NCBI GenBank assembly: GCA_050293765.1
Contig: JBNKNI010000009.1
Span: 47,459 to 111,458, forward strand
From: Reinekea sp.
GTDB taxonomy: Bacteria; Pseudomonadota; Gammaproteobacteria; Pseudomonadales; Natronospirillaceae
Length of the DNA: 64,000 bases
Reading direction: 5' to 3'
A program made the translations under genes and the position numbers. Below, one piece after another: positions 30,134 through 40,247 of this stretch. Position 1 is the stretch's first letter; the number at the start of each line of letters is the position of its first letter. Under the pieces are notes generated by a model. It had not been told where the DNA came from. It ran no database searches and saw only the letters and a list, made by a program, of their open reading frames with translations.

Positions 30134-30572
30134 GAGTGATCCTCTTATTATCATTGTTGGCCTCTTGTGGAAGCCTTCTTGCATTATTATTCGTACCCGA
30201 AAGTACGTTTATAAAAGTTATTCTGAGTGGGCTGGATTATCGTCCCGATTCTCATTCATAGAAAGGTCGCATTCCTTAAACAAGAAGCGAGCCAATACTG
30301 CGAATGGAGACTCAAACTAACTAAAAACCTGTCATATTTTTAAGAGTTGTATGTTATTTGATCTAGACCAAATGACTATTTACAGACAGTTGCCCGAAAA
30401 TGGGCGTCAGGCCAGAAACTTGCCACGTCTTGCCATAAACTTCAATGTTGTTTTTCATCTTTTGAAATTTTGTTGATGTACGTCTGTGCAATTTCAGGGC
30501 ATTTGCGGCACGTATTCTGTACAGGATTTTTAATCTCGCGCCATAATTGTGCGTGCTGTTGGCGGTAGTGGT

Positions 30573-30606
30573 GCAAAATGAAGCACTAGTTTGTGCTTCA
30601 TTTTGC
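30573..30606 (-). terminator. Long stem-loop just downstream of the alpha-2-macroglobulin gene
   Basis: 14-bp perfect stem GCAAAATGAAGCAC / GTGCTTCATTTTGC with a 6-nt loop, 12 nt after the stop. No clear U-run follows. Confidence 0.55.
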
Positions 30607-30618
30607 TTTCGCCGCTGG

Positions 30619-33600
30619 TTATTCTGCGGCGGTTATGGTGACGGTTCCTGGCGAATAGCCCAATGCGTTGTTTTCAGGTCTATACATATCTTCAATGAAG
30701 CTGTTGGGCAAGGCATAGGTGCCCGGCGTAACGGCTCTGGCCAGGTAAAACAGCGTTGTTGCGTTGTAGGGAACCAGGGAGACGGCTGCGACGTAGCGGT
30801 CATCGCGATACTCTTCATAGCCTATCCGGTATGAACGGAAGAAGTCCCCGACATTTTTGCCATCGACTTCGATTGCATCCAGGTTGACTGATGCGTTCAG
30901 CAGGTTCTGGTTTTCAAGTTCAAAACCGGCCGGCAGTAAATCGACAATCAACGCTTCCGGGAATCGGTATTCCTGACTTTGCGCATCAATTCGCACGATG
31001 ATCAAATCGCCTGATCGTACCGGCTTAGTGAAGTCGATACGTCGACCCTGCAAGTCATAGTATTGTCGATTAATGTTCATGCCATTTTGCTCTGCGGCAG
31101 GGGCCGTTTTAGGCACACCTTGCCAACGCAGGCTGGCGTAGAGTCGTCGATCCTGCGCACTGACCTTGTTCAGATCTTGCAGTTGATCCGCGTTAATGAC
31201 CGAATTGAATGGCTTGGATTGCTGCAGGTTTTGAGTAAAGGACTGGGCAAGTAATGTCGCCTGCCATTCATTTCCGTTGGCTAAATAAGCTTTGGCCAGC
31301 CTGACCAGGGAAATCCGTTCCTGCGTACTCATCCAGCGGCGGTTTGCCAAGGCAGACTCCAGATCCATGGCGAGATCGCCTTCGGCGAAACCATATTCAA
31401 GCGCCAAAACGAGTGACAATGTTAAGTCACGGACTGTCGAGCCATAGTCTGCGTAGTAACGATTGGTTTCACGTTTGCTGGCCAACGCTTGTTTGGCGGC
31501 CTGCTGTGCCCGATTCAAGTCTCCCTGCAGCTTGAACGCCGCGGCCATGTGCATCCAGGGCAGGCTGGAATGATTGGTTGTGGTCGCTGTCATCTGGTCC
31601 AGAAGACGGCGCAAATCGCTGACGTTCGCGCGACCGGATTTAGCCAGTACGTAGGAAGCATAGGCGCGGTAGCTGGTTTGATAAGCGGTGATGTTATCGG
31701 TCCAGATGTCGGCAGCAGTATAACCACGAACCATTTTTGCCAGTGCATCTAAAGCCCGGTTCAGTGCCGCGTTATCGACCGAGATACCCAGTTCCCGAGC
31801 ATCCAGTAATAGTTCGGTGGCATAGGCGCTGCCCCACATGGACGCGGTTGAGTTGGCATTCCAATAACCGAAAAATCCGTCGCTGTGTTGTTTTTTCAGC
31901 AGCAGTGCGATGCCGTCTTCAATTTGCTCGCGACGCAGGGCATCGGTGAATGCTTCGTTAATCCGGTAGGCGAACGAATCTTGCAGGTTCAGTTCGGAAT
32001 AGAGGTCCTGATCAATGAGCACCCAAGGGTAGGTGGAACTGGTGGTTTGCTCAAGGCAGCCATAGGGGTAACGCAACAGGTAGTCCACGTGACTGGAAAA
32101 ATTGATGGCAGGTTTGTCGGAAAGGGTCAGCTGTGCTTTCACGGTAGACGCGATAAGGTCGTCGATGGTTGCCTGTGGCTGCCAAGAGGTGTTCGCCTCG
32201 ATCACTTGTCGCTCGGCGCGAGTTTGCAATGGAAACGGTGCACGAAGGCCCAGGCGCCAATTGCGGGTCAGGTTTATGTCCTCGCCATTGCTGACGGTCA
32301 ATTGAATATCACCCGCCCCCTGATAATCAGTGCCTGTTATCGGGATCACCAAGCTGCGTTTTTGACGATCGTCCAGCTCAATGGTTTGACCTTGGTAAGG
32401 ACTGCTGAGGCTACCGGTTATCAGCAATTTTACGGTGAGCTGCTGTGCTTTGTCGGATAGGTTGTGCAGATCCAATGTCAATTGGCTTTCGTCGCCCATA
32501 GCCAGGAAGCGGGGCATGGCGATTTGTGTGACCAATCGATCAGCGACGGTCATTTCGGCTTCAGCGCTACCGAAGCTATCGGCTGACCAGGTGACCACCA
32601 TCCATTTTACGCGGCCGTTAAAGGCAGGCAGTTCAAATTCGACGATTCCTTTTCCGTTGATCAATTCAATTGGGTCACTGAAGAAGGAGACAATCTGTAC
32701 TTCGCTTTGAGGTTTATCACCGCCGCGTGACAATGCGTCGTCAGAATCCGCAAAGCCGCCCCCAAATCGCTGCTGATAGGTTTTGAAGCCCAGATTGTTA
32801 ATGACCTTGCCATACAGATCGAGGTATTGATTTTCAAAGCGACGCGGTGCAAAGAAATATTGTTCCGGTTGCGGTCGCTTGTAGTTGGTGATGTTTAATA
32901 CCCCCATGTCGACCAGGGCGACAGTCGCGTAAACTGGCGCACCCTGAGCGTCTTCAGGGTTATCGATGGTCACGGTAGCGCGTACGGTTTGATTGGGTTC
33001 GATTTTCGCAGGTGCGTCGATACTGACATTCAACTTGGATGCGTCGCGAAGAATCGGTAAATGCGAAATGCCGAGACTGCGTTTGGGGGCCAGTTCGGTC
33101 ATTTGGTCTGCGGGGGACAATACCATGACCGTCAAATACAGGTCATGGCGATTCCAGTCTGCATTTATAGACAGGGTTAATTCATTGGCGCCCACATTGG
33201 CGTTGAACGTTTCACTATAAAGAACGCCTTCGCTGCTTTCGATCTGCAGCAATCCTGGCCCGGCGTTTGCCGATTGGAAACGGACCAGTGCCTCGCTGCC
33301 CGGCTGATAGTGGTCCTGGTCCAACAGGATATCGATGACTTCGGGTTTGAGCGCGTTCGCGTCACCATTGCCCCAATAGTACTGAGTTCTGAACGGGTAC
33401 ACCGTTTTACTGCCAGTAGCCGAGGTGATTTCCAGTTCGTAGTCTCCCCAAGCCAGAGGAATCTCTATTTCACTGCCGGTTTTTTCGATGGTCATCCGTT
33501 TCGCAAATGCCACGTAGGCATCGTTACGCCAGCGCCAGTTCCAGCCATTGTTGTCATCGTAATACCAGTAGTAGTCGCGTGTGGTTCGAATCAGGCTCAC

Positions 33601-35478
33601 TTCAACGTCGTCGCTTAAGGGTTGACCGGCTGCATCAACGCTGATCAGGTCAAAAATGACGTTTTGATTGGATTTAGGCCGTTCGCTGAATTGCGGTCGC
33701 ACACCCACAAACTGATTGTTGCCTGTCGGCAGCGAAATGACGGTTTGACTGCGTGTCACTGGACGGCCGCCGGTTTCATAAACGCTGGCGGTGATGCGCA
33801 TGGCCAAGGGTGACTTTATTGATGCCCAATCTCCAGGCATGCGAAAGTTTCCGTCACCTTGGTCATCCAGCGTGATGGCATCAAGTCTTTTGGTTTTCTG
33901 TACGATACGCTCTGTCGGGTTACCGAATCGGTAGTCGTCCCATTGTTCAAATATATCCGTGGCGGCGGTCACACTGACCACGGCGTCGGCTTTGTTGCCT
34001 GCCGCTGGAGCGCCATAGAGGTATTGGCTGTTAACCGGAACTGTGGCTGTTCGCGAAGGTAGATAGCGATATTTTTCAGTAACACCATCGTAAAAACTTA
34101 AGCTCAGTCGTTCTGGCAAAAACTCTTCTACTTTAAATCGATACTCGCCGGTAATGCTCTGATTCTGTTGCATCACCAGCTTCCAGTCACCGGTGGGGGC
34201 GTTCGTGTCGAGTGTGAGTTGATGACGGTAGATGCCGCTGTCTTCATTCCACCAGGTGAAGCGTTCAACGCGAGACCCACGGGCATCGTAGATATCAACA
34301 TTTACTGGCATGTCGTCTGTTTCCCGTCCATCGAAATCCCGGATCAGCATATTGATGTCGACTGTTTCCCCTGGACGATAAAGATCCCTTGGTCCATAAA
34401 TGAAGGCTTGGAGTGCCTGATGCCGGGTTGGAACATTGGCAAATGCAGAGAGGTCTAATTTGTTTTGATTCGGCTGCAAGAAACTGATTTGGTTACCAAA
34501 TTCAGCGACGATGAGCGCCGGCATGTTGGTACTGAGCTTACTGGCCAGGCCCAGGTCATTGGTGGTTTCGGTGCGGGAACGAAGTACCTGGCTGTTGGAT
34601 TGATTCCATAAATAGGTGACCTCGACACCAGACATAGGCTTGCCGGTGCTGATGGAGTTGACGATGGTCTGGATTTCATTGCCCATGATCCGTGTATGTA
34701 AACCGATATCCGACTGCGTGAAAAAAGTAGTGTCGTAGCGGTATTCGTAGACACCGGGCTTGCGAATAACGGCTACGTAGATGCCGTTGTCGAACTGGCT
34801 GGTGGCCGGTGTGATATCCAGATTCACGGTGTCGCGTTTGTGTGGTCGAACATCGAGCTGGTATCGAGCAGTGTGAACCAGATCCGCCCAGGTGCTGAGG
34901 CGAGTCAAACGGTCGTAGTAAGGGCGGCCGCTGTAAAAAGTCTGATTTAAAAAGGAGGTCACCTGATCGTCTCGTACCCGGAAAATATCCAGATCAACCT
35001 CTTCAACATTCACAACGGTGACGGGCAATGCATTCGCCGCATTGGCAGATAAGTATTGTCCGCTTTGCGCAAAACTGACCGACGGAGATAACGGTGCCGT
35101 GGTGACTTGCCATTTGTCGGAATATTGCCGGTTAGAGCTGTTTATTTCCACGACGGCAAATGTTTCATTATTGACTGAGGTGGGCAATCGATTGAAGGTG
35201 ATGGCATATTTTGTATTGGGCTCCACGAACGGCAGCGTCCAGCTGTAGCCGTTATCCAGGGTTAGCCATTGCGAGCCGTTATCCAACGCGGGAGTTACTG
35301 TCACGTAATCCTCCAGCGCGGTTCCCGGCTTCAAGGCGTCCGTTAGCCGGATAACCAACGCCGGTGAGTTGTCGTAACTGGTTTCACTGACTTTCGAAGC
35401 ATAGAAGTCAGCCCAAGCTGCTGTGCAAGCGCACATTGCCGTCGAGCCGAGCAGCAAAAGTTTTTGCCATCGTGTCAT
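30619..35478 (-). CDS. yfhM: Bacterial alpha-2-macroglobulin (thioester-containing, YfhM/ECAM type)
   Basis: About 1619 aa from MTRWQKLLLLGSTAMCACTAAWA (AAGGA upstream). Thioester motif YPYGCLEQTTSS, with CLEQ codons at 32047-32058. Size and the adjacent pbpC match the known A2M-PBP1C pair. The tracked ORF's 43 extra N-terminal codons overlap pbpC and are rejected. Confidence 0.88.
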   Translation of the reverse strand: MTRWQKLLLLGSTAMCACTAAWADFYASKVSETSYDNSPALVIRLTDALKPGTALEDYVTVTPALDNGSQWLTLDNGYSWTLPFVEPNTKYAITFNRLPTSVNNETFAVVEINSSNRQYSDKWQVTTAPLSPSVSFAQSGQYLSANAANALPVTVVNVEEVDLDIFRVRDDQVTSFLNQTFYSGRPYYDRLTRLSTWADLVHTARYQLDVRPHKRDTVNLDITPATSQFDNGIYVAVIRKPGVYEYRYDTTFFTQSDIGLHTRIMGNEIQTIVNSISTGKPMSGVEVTYLWNQSNSQVLRSRTETTNDLGLASKLSTNMPALIVAEFGNQISFLQPNQNKLDLSAFANVPTRHQALQAFIYGPRDLYRPGETVDINMLIRDFDGRETDDMPVNVDIYDARGSRVERFTWWNEDSGIYRHQLTLDTNAPTGDWKLVMQQNQSITGEYRFKVEEFLPERLSLSFYDGVTEKYRYLPSRTATVPVNSQYLYGAPAAGNKADAVVSVTAATDIFEQWDDYRFGNPTERIVQKTKRLDAITLDDQGDGNFRMPGDWASIKSPLAMRITASVYETGGRPVTRSQTVISLPTGNNQFVGVRPQFSERPKSNQNVIFDLISVDAAGQPLSDDVEVSLIRTTRDYYWYYDDNNGWNWRWRNDAYVAFAKRMTIEKTGSEIEIPLAWGDYELEITSATGSKTVYPFRTQYYWGNGDANALKPEVIDILLDQDHYQPGSEALVRFQSANAGPGLLQIESSEGVLYSETFNANVGANELTLSINADWNRHDLYLTVMVLSPADQMTELAPKRSLGISHLPILRDASKLNVSIDAPAKIEPNQTVRATVTIDNPEDAQGAPVYATVALVDMGVLNITNYKRPQPEQYFFAPRRFENQYLDLYGKVINNLGFKTYQQRFGGGFADSDDALSRGGDKPQSEVQIVSFFSDPIELINGKGIVEFELPAFNGRVKWMVVTWSADSFGSAEAEMTVADRLVTQIAMPRFLAMGDESQLTLDLHNLSDKAQQLTVKLLITGSLSSPYQGQTIELDDRQKRSLVIPITGTDYQGAGDIQLTVSNGEDINLTRNWRLGLRAPFPLQTRAERQVIEANTSWQPQATIDDLIASTVKAQLTLSDKPAINFSSHVDYLLRYPYGCLEQTTSSTYPWVLIDQDLYSELNLQDSFAYRINEAFTDALRREQIEDGIALLLKKQHSDGFFGYWNANSTASMWGSAYATELLLDARELGISVDNAALNRALDALAKMVRGYTAADIWTDNITAYQTSYRAYASYVLAKSGRANVSDLRRLLDQMTATTTNHSSLPWMHMAAAFKLQGDLNRAQQAAKQALASKRETNRYYADYGSTVRDLTLSLVLALEYGFAEGDLAMDLESALANRRWMSTQERISLVRLAKAYLANGNEWQATLLAQSFTQNLQQSKPFNSVINADQLQDLNKVSAQDRRLYASLRWQGVPKTAPAAEQNGMNINRQYYDLQGRRIDFTKPVRSGDLIIVRIDAQSQEYRFPEALIVDLLPAGFELENQNLLNASVNLDAIEVDGKNVGDFFRSYRIGYEEYRDDRYVAAVSLVPYNATTLFYLARAVTPGTYALPNSFIEDMYRPENNALGYSPGTVTITAAE

Positions 35479-35488
35479 TGTCGATTCC

Positions 35489-37819
35489 TTATAAGTGGTC
35501 TGTTGTGATTGGAAGCCGCGAATCATCCGTGGGCGGTGAGTTTGAAAAGTAAGTGTTAAATTGTTTTCGATCAATCTGGCCATGATAGTCCATGGCAATG
35601 ATTTCATAGTGCTGTTCGCCTTCTATCGTTAACGACAGATTTGGTCCATTTGTGGGCATCATCGCACCATTTACATACCAATAGTAGGGTGGCTGACCAC
35701 CCTCTGCGCGTACTTTGATGTTGCCTTGTGTCTGCTCGTTAACCACCATGGCATCGCCCTCATTGATGCCGGCAATCGTGAAGGGCAGGCGAGCCGTAGC
35801 GACCAGTTGTCGAGCACAACGGGAATCGAAGACCGGTAGTCGACGTTGATTTTGATACGCCTCTGGTAGCCAAAGCTGCAAAGGGGCCGGCCACAATACC
35901 GTGGTGGATTCGTATGATGCCAGATCACAGCCGAAAGCCACTTGCAGGCCGCTGTCGCGCGCTAATCGCAGGCGTACTGTTGCGCTGACTAAACTAGTGT
36001 CCTGATTTGTCAGGGTCATCCAGCTTTCGGGTATGGTTTGGTTGAGTATCCTGGCGTCGTGTGCTTCATCGCATAAATCGTTTTCTTCCGGCTGACCGGT
36101 GGGCCAGCAAACCTTTTGCTGCGTGACGCTTGCTGGTCTGGCTGGCATCGGATTCTGCCCAAGAATTCTGGACGCAACATTGGTCAAAAGCGGCACGGCG
36201 GTTTGTCGGCCGTAGTGACCGGTAAGCGGTGTGCCATCTGGCTGACCAACCCATACGCCTAAGGTGTAGCCATTGACCACACCAACAGCCCAGCTGTCTC
36301 GAAAGCCATAACTGGTCCCGGTCTTAATGGCCATGCCATAAGGGTTGCTGGCGTGTCTGGCGAGAATGTCCCGGATAATCCAAGCCGCTCCTGGAGATAA
36401 TAAAGGCTTAACCTCCTGGGCTGATTCCATCAAAAATCTCGGTTTTTGGGTTGTACCATTGTTGTCCAGCGCGGACATTAGTCTGACCAGGCTTTCCAGG
36501 TTCGTTCCAAGCCCACCCAATGCAATCGCAAGGCTGGGTCGTTCGTTGCCCGGTAGCGCAAGGGTGGCACCGGCCTGTTGCAGTGCCAGGTAGAAGGGAA
36601 CCGGACCGACGCGTTCCAGGACCTGAACGGCGGGTACATTCAAACTGGCCGCCAGGCTTTGGCTGAGTGACTCCGGACCGGTAAAACCGCCACTGAAGTT
36701 TTCAGGTTGATAGTCAGCAAATTTTAACGGCACATTCATCAACAGGCTTTCGCTGTGGACCAAACCCTGATCGAGCGCCATGCCGTAGATAAAGGGCTTT
36801 AACGTCGAGCCCGGTGAGCGGATGGCCTGCACCATGTCGACTTGCCCAAAACGTTGATTGTCATGAAAATCAGAACTGCCGCTGTAAACTTCGACAGCGC
36901 CGGTTTTGCTGTTCATGATGAGTACCGCAACAGAGACGTGCTGGTCGATGCTTTGCGCATAATGCTTAACCAGGCGCTCAACGCTTTGTTGCCACGCCAG
37001 ATTTATGGTGGAATGAATCACACCGGAGTCTGACTGGCTGGCCAGGCGGCGCGCCAGAATCGGAGCGATGCTGTATCGATAACCGGGCGACTGAGTGACC
37101 TGTTCTGATTGCGCATCCTGTGCGATCTGTTCATCCCAAACTTGGTAATCCACCAATCGTTGGATCACCTTATCTCGGGCGGCTTGTGCTGAAGTTGGAT
37201 TTCGGTCGGGTCGATAACGTGTTGGTGCCTGTGGCAAAACCGCCAATAAGGCGGCCTGAGCATGAGTCAGGTCTTTTGCGTCATATCCCAGATAAGTCAG
37301 TGCGGCTGCCTGGACACCTTCGATAGTCCCGCCAAACGGAGCATGATTGATGTAATAGGTCAGAATATCGTCTTTGGAGTAATGTAATTCGAGCTGGCAG
37401 GCGCGGATGATTTCTTTAACTTTTCCCCACAACGTGCGTGGTTCTGGGTACCTGAGTCGTGCTACCTGCATGGTGAGGGTTGAGCCGCCGGAGACGATTT
37501 CACCGGTTTTCAGAGCCTGCCAGAATGCTCGAACCAGGGACAGGGGGTTGACGCCGGGGTGGTGGTAAAAATATCGGTCTTCGTAATTGACCAGAGCCTC
37601 CAGATACAGTGGTGACACCTGATCCAGACTGATGGGATAGCGCCAGATTCCCTGGTCATCGGCGAACGTCCGCAAGGGTTGACTATCTGCCGACAGCACA
37701 ATCCGGCTGCCGGGTCTCGGTTCGAGGTCGGTTGGCCAGAGAAGATCGATACAGATAAAAAGGAAAGGCACAATCAGCAGCAGGAGAATAAGCCGCCGTT
37801 TAAAGAAGGGTTTTAGCAT
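35489..37819 (-). CDS. pbpC: Penicillin-binding protein 1C (bifunctional transglycosylase / transpeptidase-like)
   Basis: 776 aa with an N-terminal anchor. GT51 motifs (YEDRYFYHHPGVNP, GGSTLTMQVAR). Transpeptidase SxxK (SPGSTLKP) and KTG (KTGTSYG). PBP1C-type C-terminal domain. Confidence 0.88.
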   Translation of the reverse strand: MLKPFFKRRLILLLLIVPFLFICIDLLWPTDLEPRPGSRIVLSADSQPLRTFADDQGIWRYPISLDQVSPLYLEALVNYEDRYFYHHPGVNPLSLVRAFWQALKTGEIVSGGSTLTMQVARLRYPEPRTLWGKVKEIIRACQLELHYSKDDILTYYINHAPFGGTIEGVQAAALTYLGYDAKDLTHAQAALLAVLPQAPTRYRPDRNPTSAQAARDKVIQRLVDYQVWDEQIAQDAQSEQVTQSPGYRYSIAPILARRLASQSDSGVIHSTINLAWQQSVERLVKHYAQSIDQHVSVAVLIMNSKTGAVEVYSGSSDFHDNQRFGQVDMVQAIRSPGSTLKPFIYGMALDQGLVHSESLLMNVPLKFADYQPENFSGGFTGPESLSQSLAASLNVPAVQVLERVGPVPFYLALQQAGATLALPGNERPSLAIALGGLGTNLESLVRLMSALDNNGTTQKPRFLMESAQEVKPLLSPGAAWIIRDILARHASNPYGMAIKTGTSYGFRDSWAVGVVNGYTLGVWVGQPDGTPLTGHYGRQTAVPLLTNVASRILGQNPMPARPASVTQQKVCWPTGQPEENDLCDEAHDARILNQTIPESWMTLTNQDTSLVSATVRLRLARDSGLQVAFGCDLASYESTTVLWPAPLQLWLPEAYQNQRRLPVFDSRCARQLVATARLPFTIAGINEGDAMVVNEQTQGNIKVRAEGGQPPYYWYVNGAMMPTNGPNLSLTIEGEQHYEIIAMDYHGQIDRKQFNTYFSNSPPTDDSRLPITTDHL

Positions 37820-37860
37820 AGCAGAAAATCAAACGTCCTTTGTTACCAACGCAGCGAGGG

Positions 37861-38265
37861 TTAACCTTGCCGGTGTTCTTCTTCCATGGCGTCCACGAGG
37901 TTGCTCAGTTCGCGTTGCAAGCTCTGTTCATCGCCCAGATTCACTTCCACTAAACGCCGCAGGTGACCGGCTGACTCGACATCAAAACTCATGATGTTCA
38001 GCCCATAATGATGCTTGCTGGAAAGGACATAGGCAATATCAACGGTTAGCGTGATTTCGAAATCGCCCTGATCGGGTACAATGGCCAGCTCGCCGCTATC
38101 GCCGACATTCAGTGGCGGATAAGATTCGCTGATGGCGATCAACGCGCCTTTGAGGCTGATGTCCTGTAGCACGCCGATGATCGGTTCCCGGTCAGCATCC
38201 GTAAGGGTTAAACGTACTTTTGCATCAAAGGGTATACGTTGAAAACGTCGCTTTTCGGTTTCCAT
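37861..38265 (-). CDS. Stand-alone PilZ-domain protein (putative c-di-GMP receptor)
   Basis: 134 aa from [13 protein letters not shown]. PilZ motifs RRFQR and DISLKGA. The upstream 35 codons of the tracked ORF would overlap the msrA start region and are rejected. Confidence 0.7.
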   Translation of the reverse strand: METEKRRFQRIPFDAKVRLTLTDADREPIIGVLQDISLKGALIAISESYPPLNVGDSGELAIVPDQGDFEITLTVDIAYVLSSKHHYGLNIMSFDVESAGHLRRLVEVNLGDEQSLQRELSNLVDAMEEEHRQG

Positions 38266-38344
38266 ATCCTGTTCCAGTAAACAGCGGGTTGAAATCACTA
38301 TAGAGCGGGCGCATTTAAGCTGCAACACACGAAGAGAGAAACCC

Positions 38345-38965
38345 ATGTCAAAGATCAAAGAATTACCCACTCAAGAACAGCTTCTCCCTGGTCGGGATAC
38401 GGCGATGAGTCTCAATTTCAACCATATTGTGTTTGCACGTGACATGCGTGAGGTACCCGCGGGTTGTGAAGTTGTCTGGTTGGGACTTGGGTGTTTTTGG
38501 GGGGCGGAGCGTCTGTTCTGGCAACTACCTGGTGTTCAGAACACGGCGGTAGGCTATGCCGGAGGCGCAACGCCGAATCCAACCTATGAAGAAGTGTGTT
38601 CAGGATTCACCGGTCACACCGAGATCGTTCAGGTTGTCTACGACCCAGCTCAGATTAGCCTGACGGATCTGCTGAAAACATTCTGGGAAGCTCACGACCC
38701 AACGCAGGGCATGCGACAGGGGAATGACATCGGTACCCAATATCGTTCGGCCATCTATGGTTCGGACGCACAGTTGGCCGTTGCCGAACAGTCAAAGCAG
38801 GCCTATCAACAACAGCTAATGGCAAAAGGCTTGGGGGCGATTACGACAGAGCTGAAGCCCGCGCCGACCTTCTATTTTGCCGAAGAGTACCACCAGCAAT
38901 ATCTGCACAAGAACCCAAACGGTTACTGTGGTTTGAAAGGAACCGGAGTGGTATGTCCGATTTAA
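38345..38965 (+). CDS. msrA: Peptide-methionine (S)-S-oxide reductase
   Basis: 206 aa. Active-site [39 protein letters not shown], and YHQQYL. Confidence 0.92.
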   Translation: MSKIKELPTQEQLLPGRDTAMSLNFNHIVFARDMREVPAGCEVVWLGLGCFWGAERLFWQLPGVQNTAVGYAGGATPNPTYEEVCSGFTGHTEIVQVVYDPAQISLTDLLKTFWEAHDPTQGMRQGNDIGTQYRSAIYGSDAQLAVAEQSKQAYQQQLMAKGLGAITTELKPAPTFYFAEEYHQQYLHKNPNGYCGLKGTGVVCPI

Positions 38966-39222
38966 GCGCAACACAATGGTCTGAAACGGTTTTACAGACG
39001 CTGCGACAGTTTGAATTACAGTGTCCAGATGATGATCTGTTTTGTGTGGGCTATGTGATTCCACAAGTCGAGCTGCTGGAAATGAACCGGCATGATCAGT
39101 CGGCAGAGCCGGAACAATGGCAAGTCTGGCTGGCAGAGTTTGTTGAAGGTTGTATGACCGTTGATCAAGTTTCAGACCAGGATGCGACCCGAATACGGGA
39201 AATTGTCGCTTCTCTGGCCTGA
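38953..39222 (+). CDS. YfcL-like small protein
   Basis: 89 aa; overlaps the msrA 3' end by 13 nt. [13 protein letters not shown] and a C-terminal SDQDATRI block resemble E. coli YfcL (DDELFASGYLRGH .. SPRDQALV) as I recall it. Confidence 0.5.
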   Translation: MSDLSATQWSETVLQTLRQFELQCPDDDLFCVGYVIPQVELLEMNRHDQSAEPEQWQVWLAEFVEGCMTVDQVSDQDATRIREIVASLA

Positions 39223-39276
39223 TGCCGGGTGCGCCCAGCAGGGGTCTGAACTCGATTAACAAGCCGTTAGCGGTTG

Positions 39277-40074
39277 TCAGGCGAGTTGATTGATCGCATT
39301 TCGAAGGGTTTCGGTTTCTGCTCGTGCGGCCTGAGCAAAATCGGAACCGTATGAGGCATAAAGCACAGCGCGCGATGAATTAATCATCAGGCCATGGCCT
39401 TGAGTAAAGCGTCCGGCATTCACGGTCGCTTTGAGGTCACCTCCCTGAGCCCCAATACCAGGTACCAAAAACGGTAAATCCGGTGCAACTGCCCGGATGT
39501 TGGCCATTTCTTCTGGGGCTGTAGCGCCGACCACCAAACTGATGTTGCCATTGGTATTCCAATGTTCCTGAGCCATACGGGCTACCCGGATGTACAATGG
39601 TTCACCATCAATCAATTGATTCTGAAACTCTGCCGCAGATGGATTAGATGTCCGACACAAGACGATAACGCCCTTTTCTGCATGCTCCGCAAATGGCAAG
39701 ACGGTGTCGGAACCCATGTAAGGGTTCACGGTGACGGCGTCAGCCTGGTAGTGCTCAAAGGCTTCCTTAGCGTACATGGTCGCTGTTGAGCCAATGTCAC
39801 CGCGTTTGGAATCCAGAATGACCGGAATGTGCGGGAATGTGGATTTAATGTAGGCGATGGTTTGTTTTAGCTGATCTTCAGCCGCCGCCGCTGCAAAATG
39901 CGCGAATTGCGGTTTATAACAGCAGACCAAATCGGCGGTGGCATCAATAATGGCTTTGTTGAATTCGAATATTGACGAAATATGTTCTGGGAACAGTTCC
40001 GGGTAGGGGTCAAGACCGACGCACACCTGTGTTTGTTCTGCCCAGCGTGTTGTGATTTGATTGATAAAGCTCAA
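39277..40074 (-). CDS. pyrF: Orotidine-5'-phosphate decarboxylase, type 2
   Basis: 265 aa. VCVGLDP, DSKRGDIGSTA, and VNPYMG. TTG start with GGAGA 6 nt upstream. Confidence 0.85.
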   Translation of the reverse strand: MSFINQITTRWAEQTQVCVGLDPYPELFPEHISSIFEFNKAIIDATADLVCCYKPQFAHFAAAAAEDQLKQTIAYIKSTFPHIPVILDSKRGDIGSTATMYAKEAFEHYQADAVTVNPYMGSDTVLPFAEHAEKGVIVLCRTSNPSAAEFQNQLIDGEPLYIRVARMAQEHWNTNGNISLVVGATAPEEMANIRAVAPDLPFLVPGIGAQGGDLKATVNAGRFTQGHGLMINSSRAVLYASYGSDFAQAARAETETLRNAINQLA

Positions 40075-40247
40075 CGGTTATCTCCGGTGTCAAAAGTCTG
40101 TGAATTGTGTTTCAAAGGGTGACTCACTGTCTACCAGCGAAAGCGTCAGCGAGTCTTACAGTCATGTCGTTGCGTAAAACGGATCGGAGCAATGGGGTTG
40201 TGGCGCTCATCACCCGGCAACCTCGCCATGCCGACAATTGTGCAGCG

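Noticed and set aside
35479-35607. N-terminal extensions of tracked ORFs. Examples are A2M +43 aa, DJ-1 +70 aa (62753-62962), PilZ +35 aa, argG +24 aa, hemN +22 aa, argA +27 aa, oppA +17 aa, oppF +9 aa, yggX +12 aa, crp +11 aa and the Na/Pi transporter +36 aa.
   Set aside because: In each case an internal ATG is preceded by a good Shine-Dalgarno sequence and begins exactly where homology to the family or a signal peptide starts. The extension either overlaps the neighbouring gene or has non-protein-like composition.
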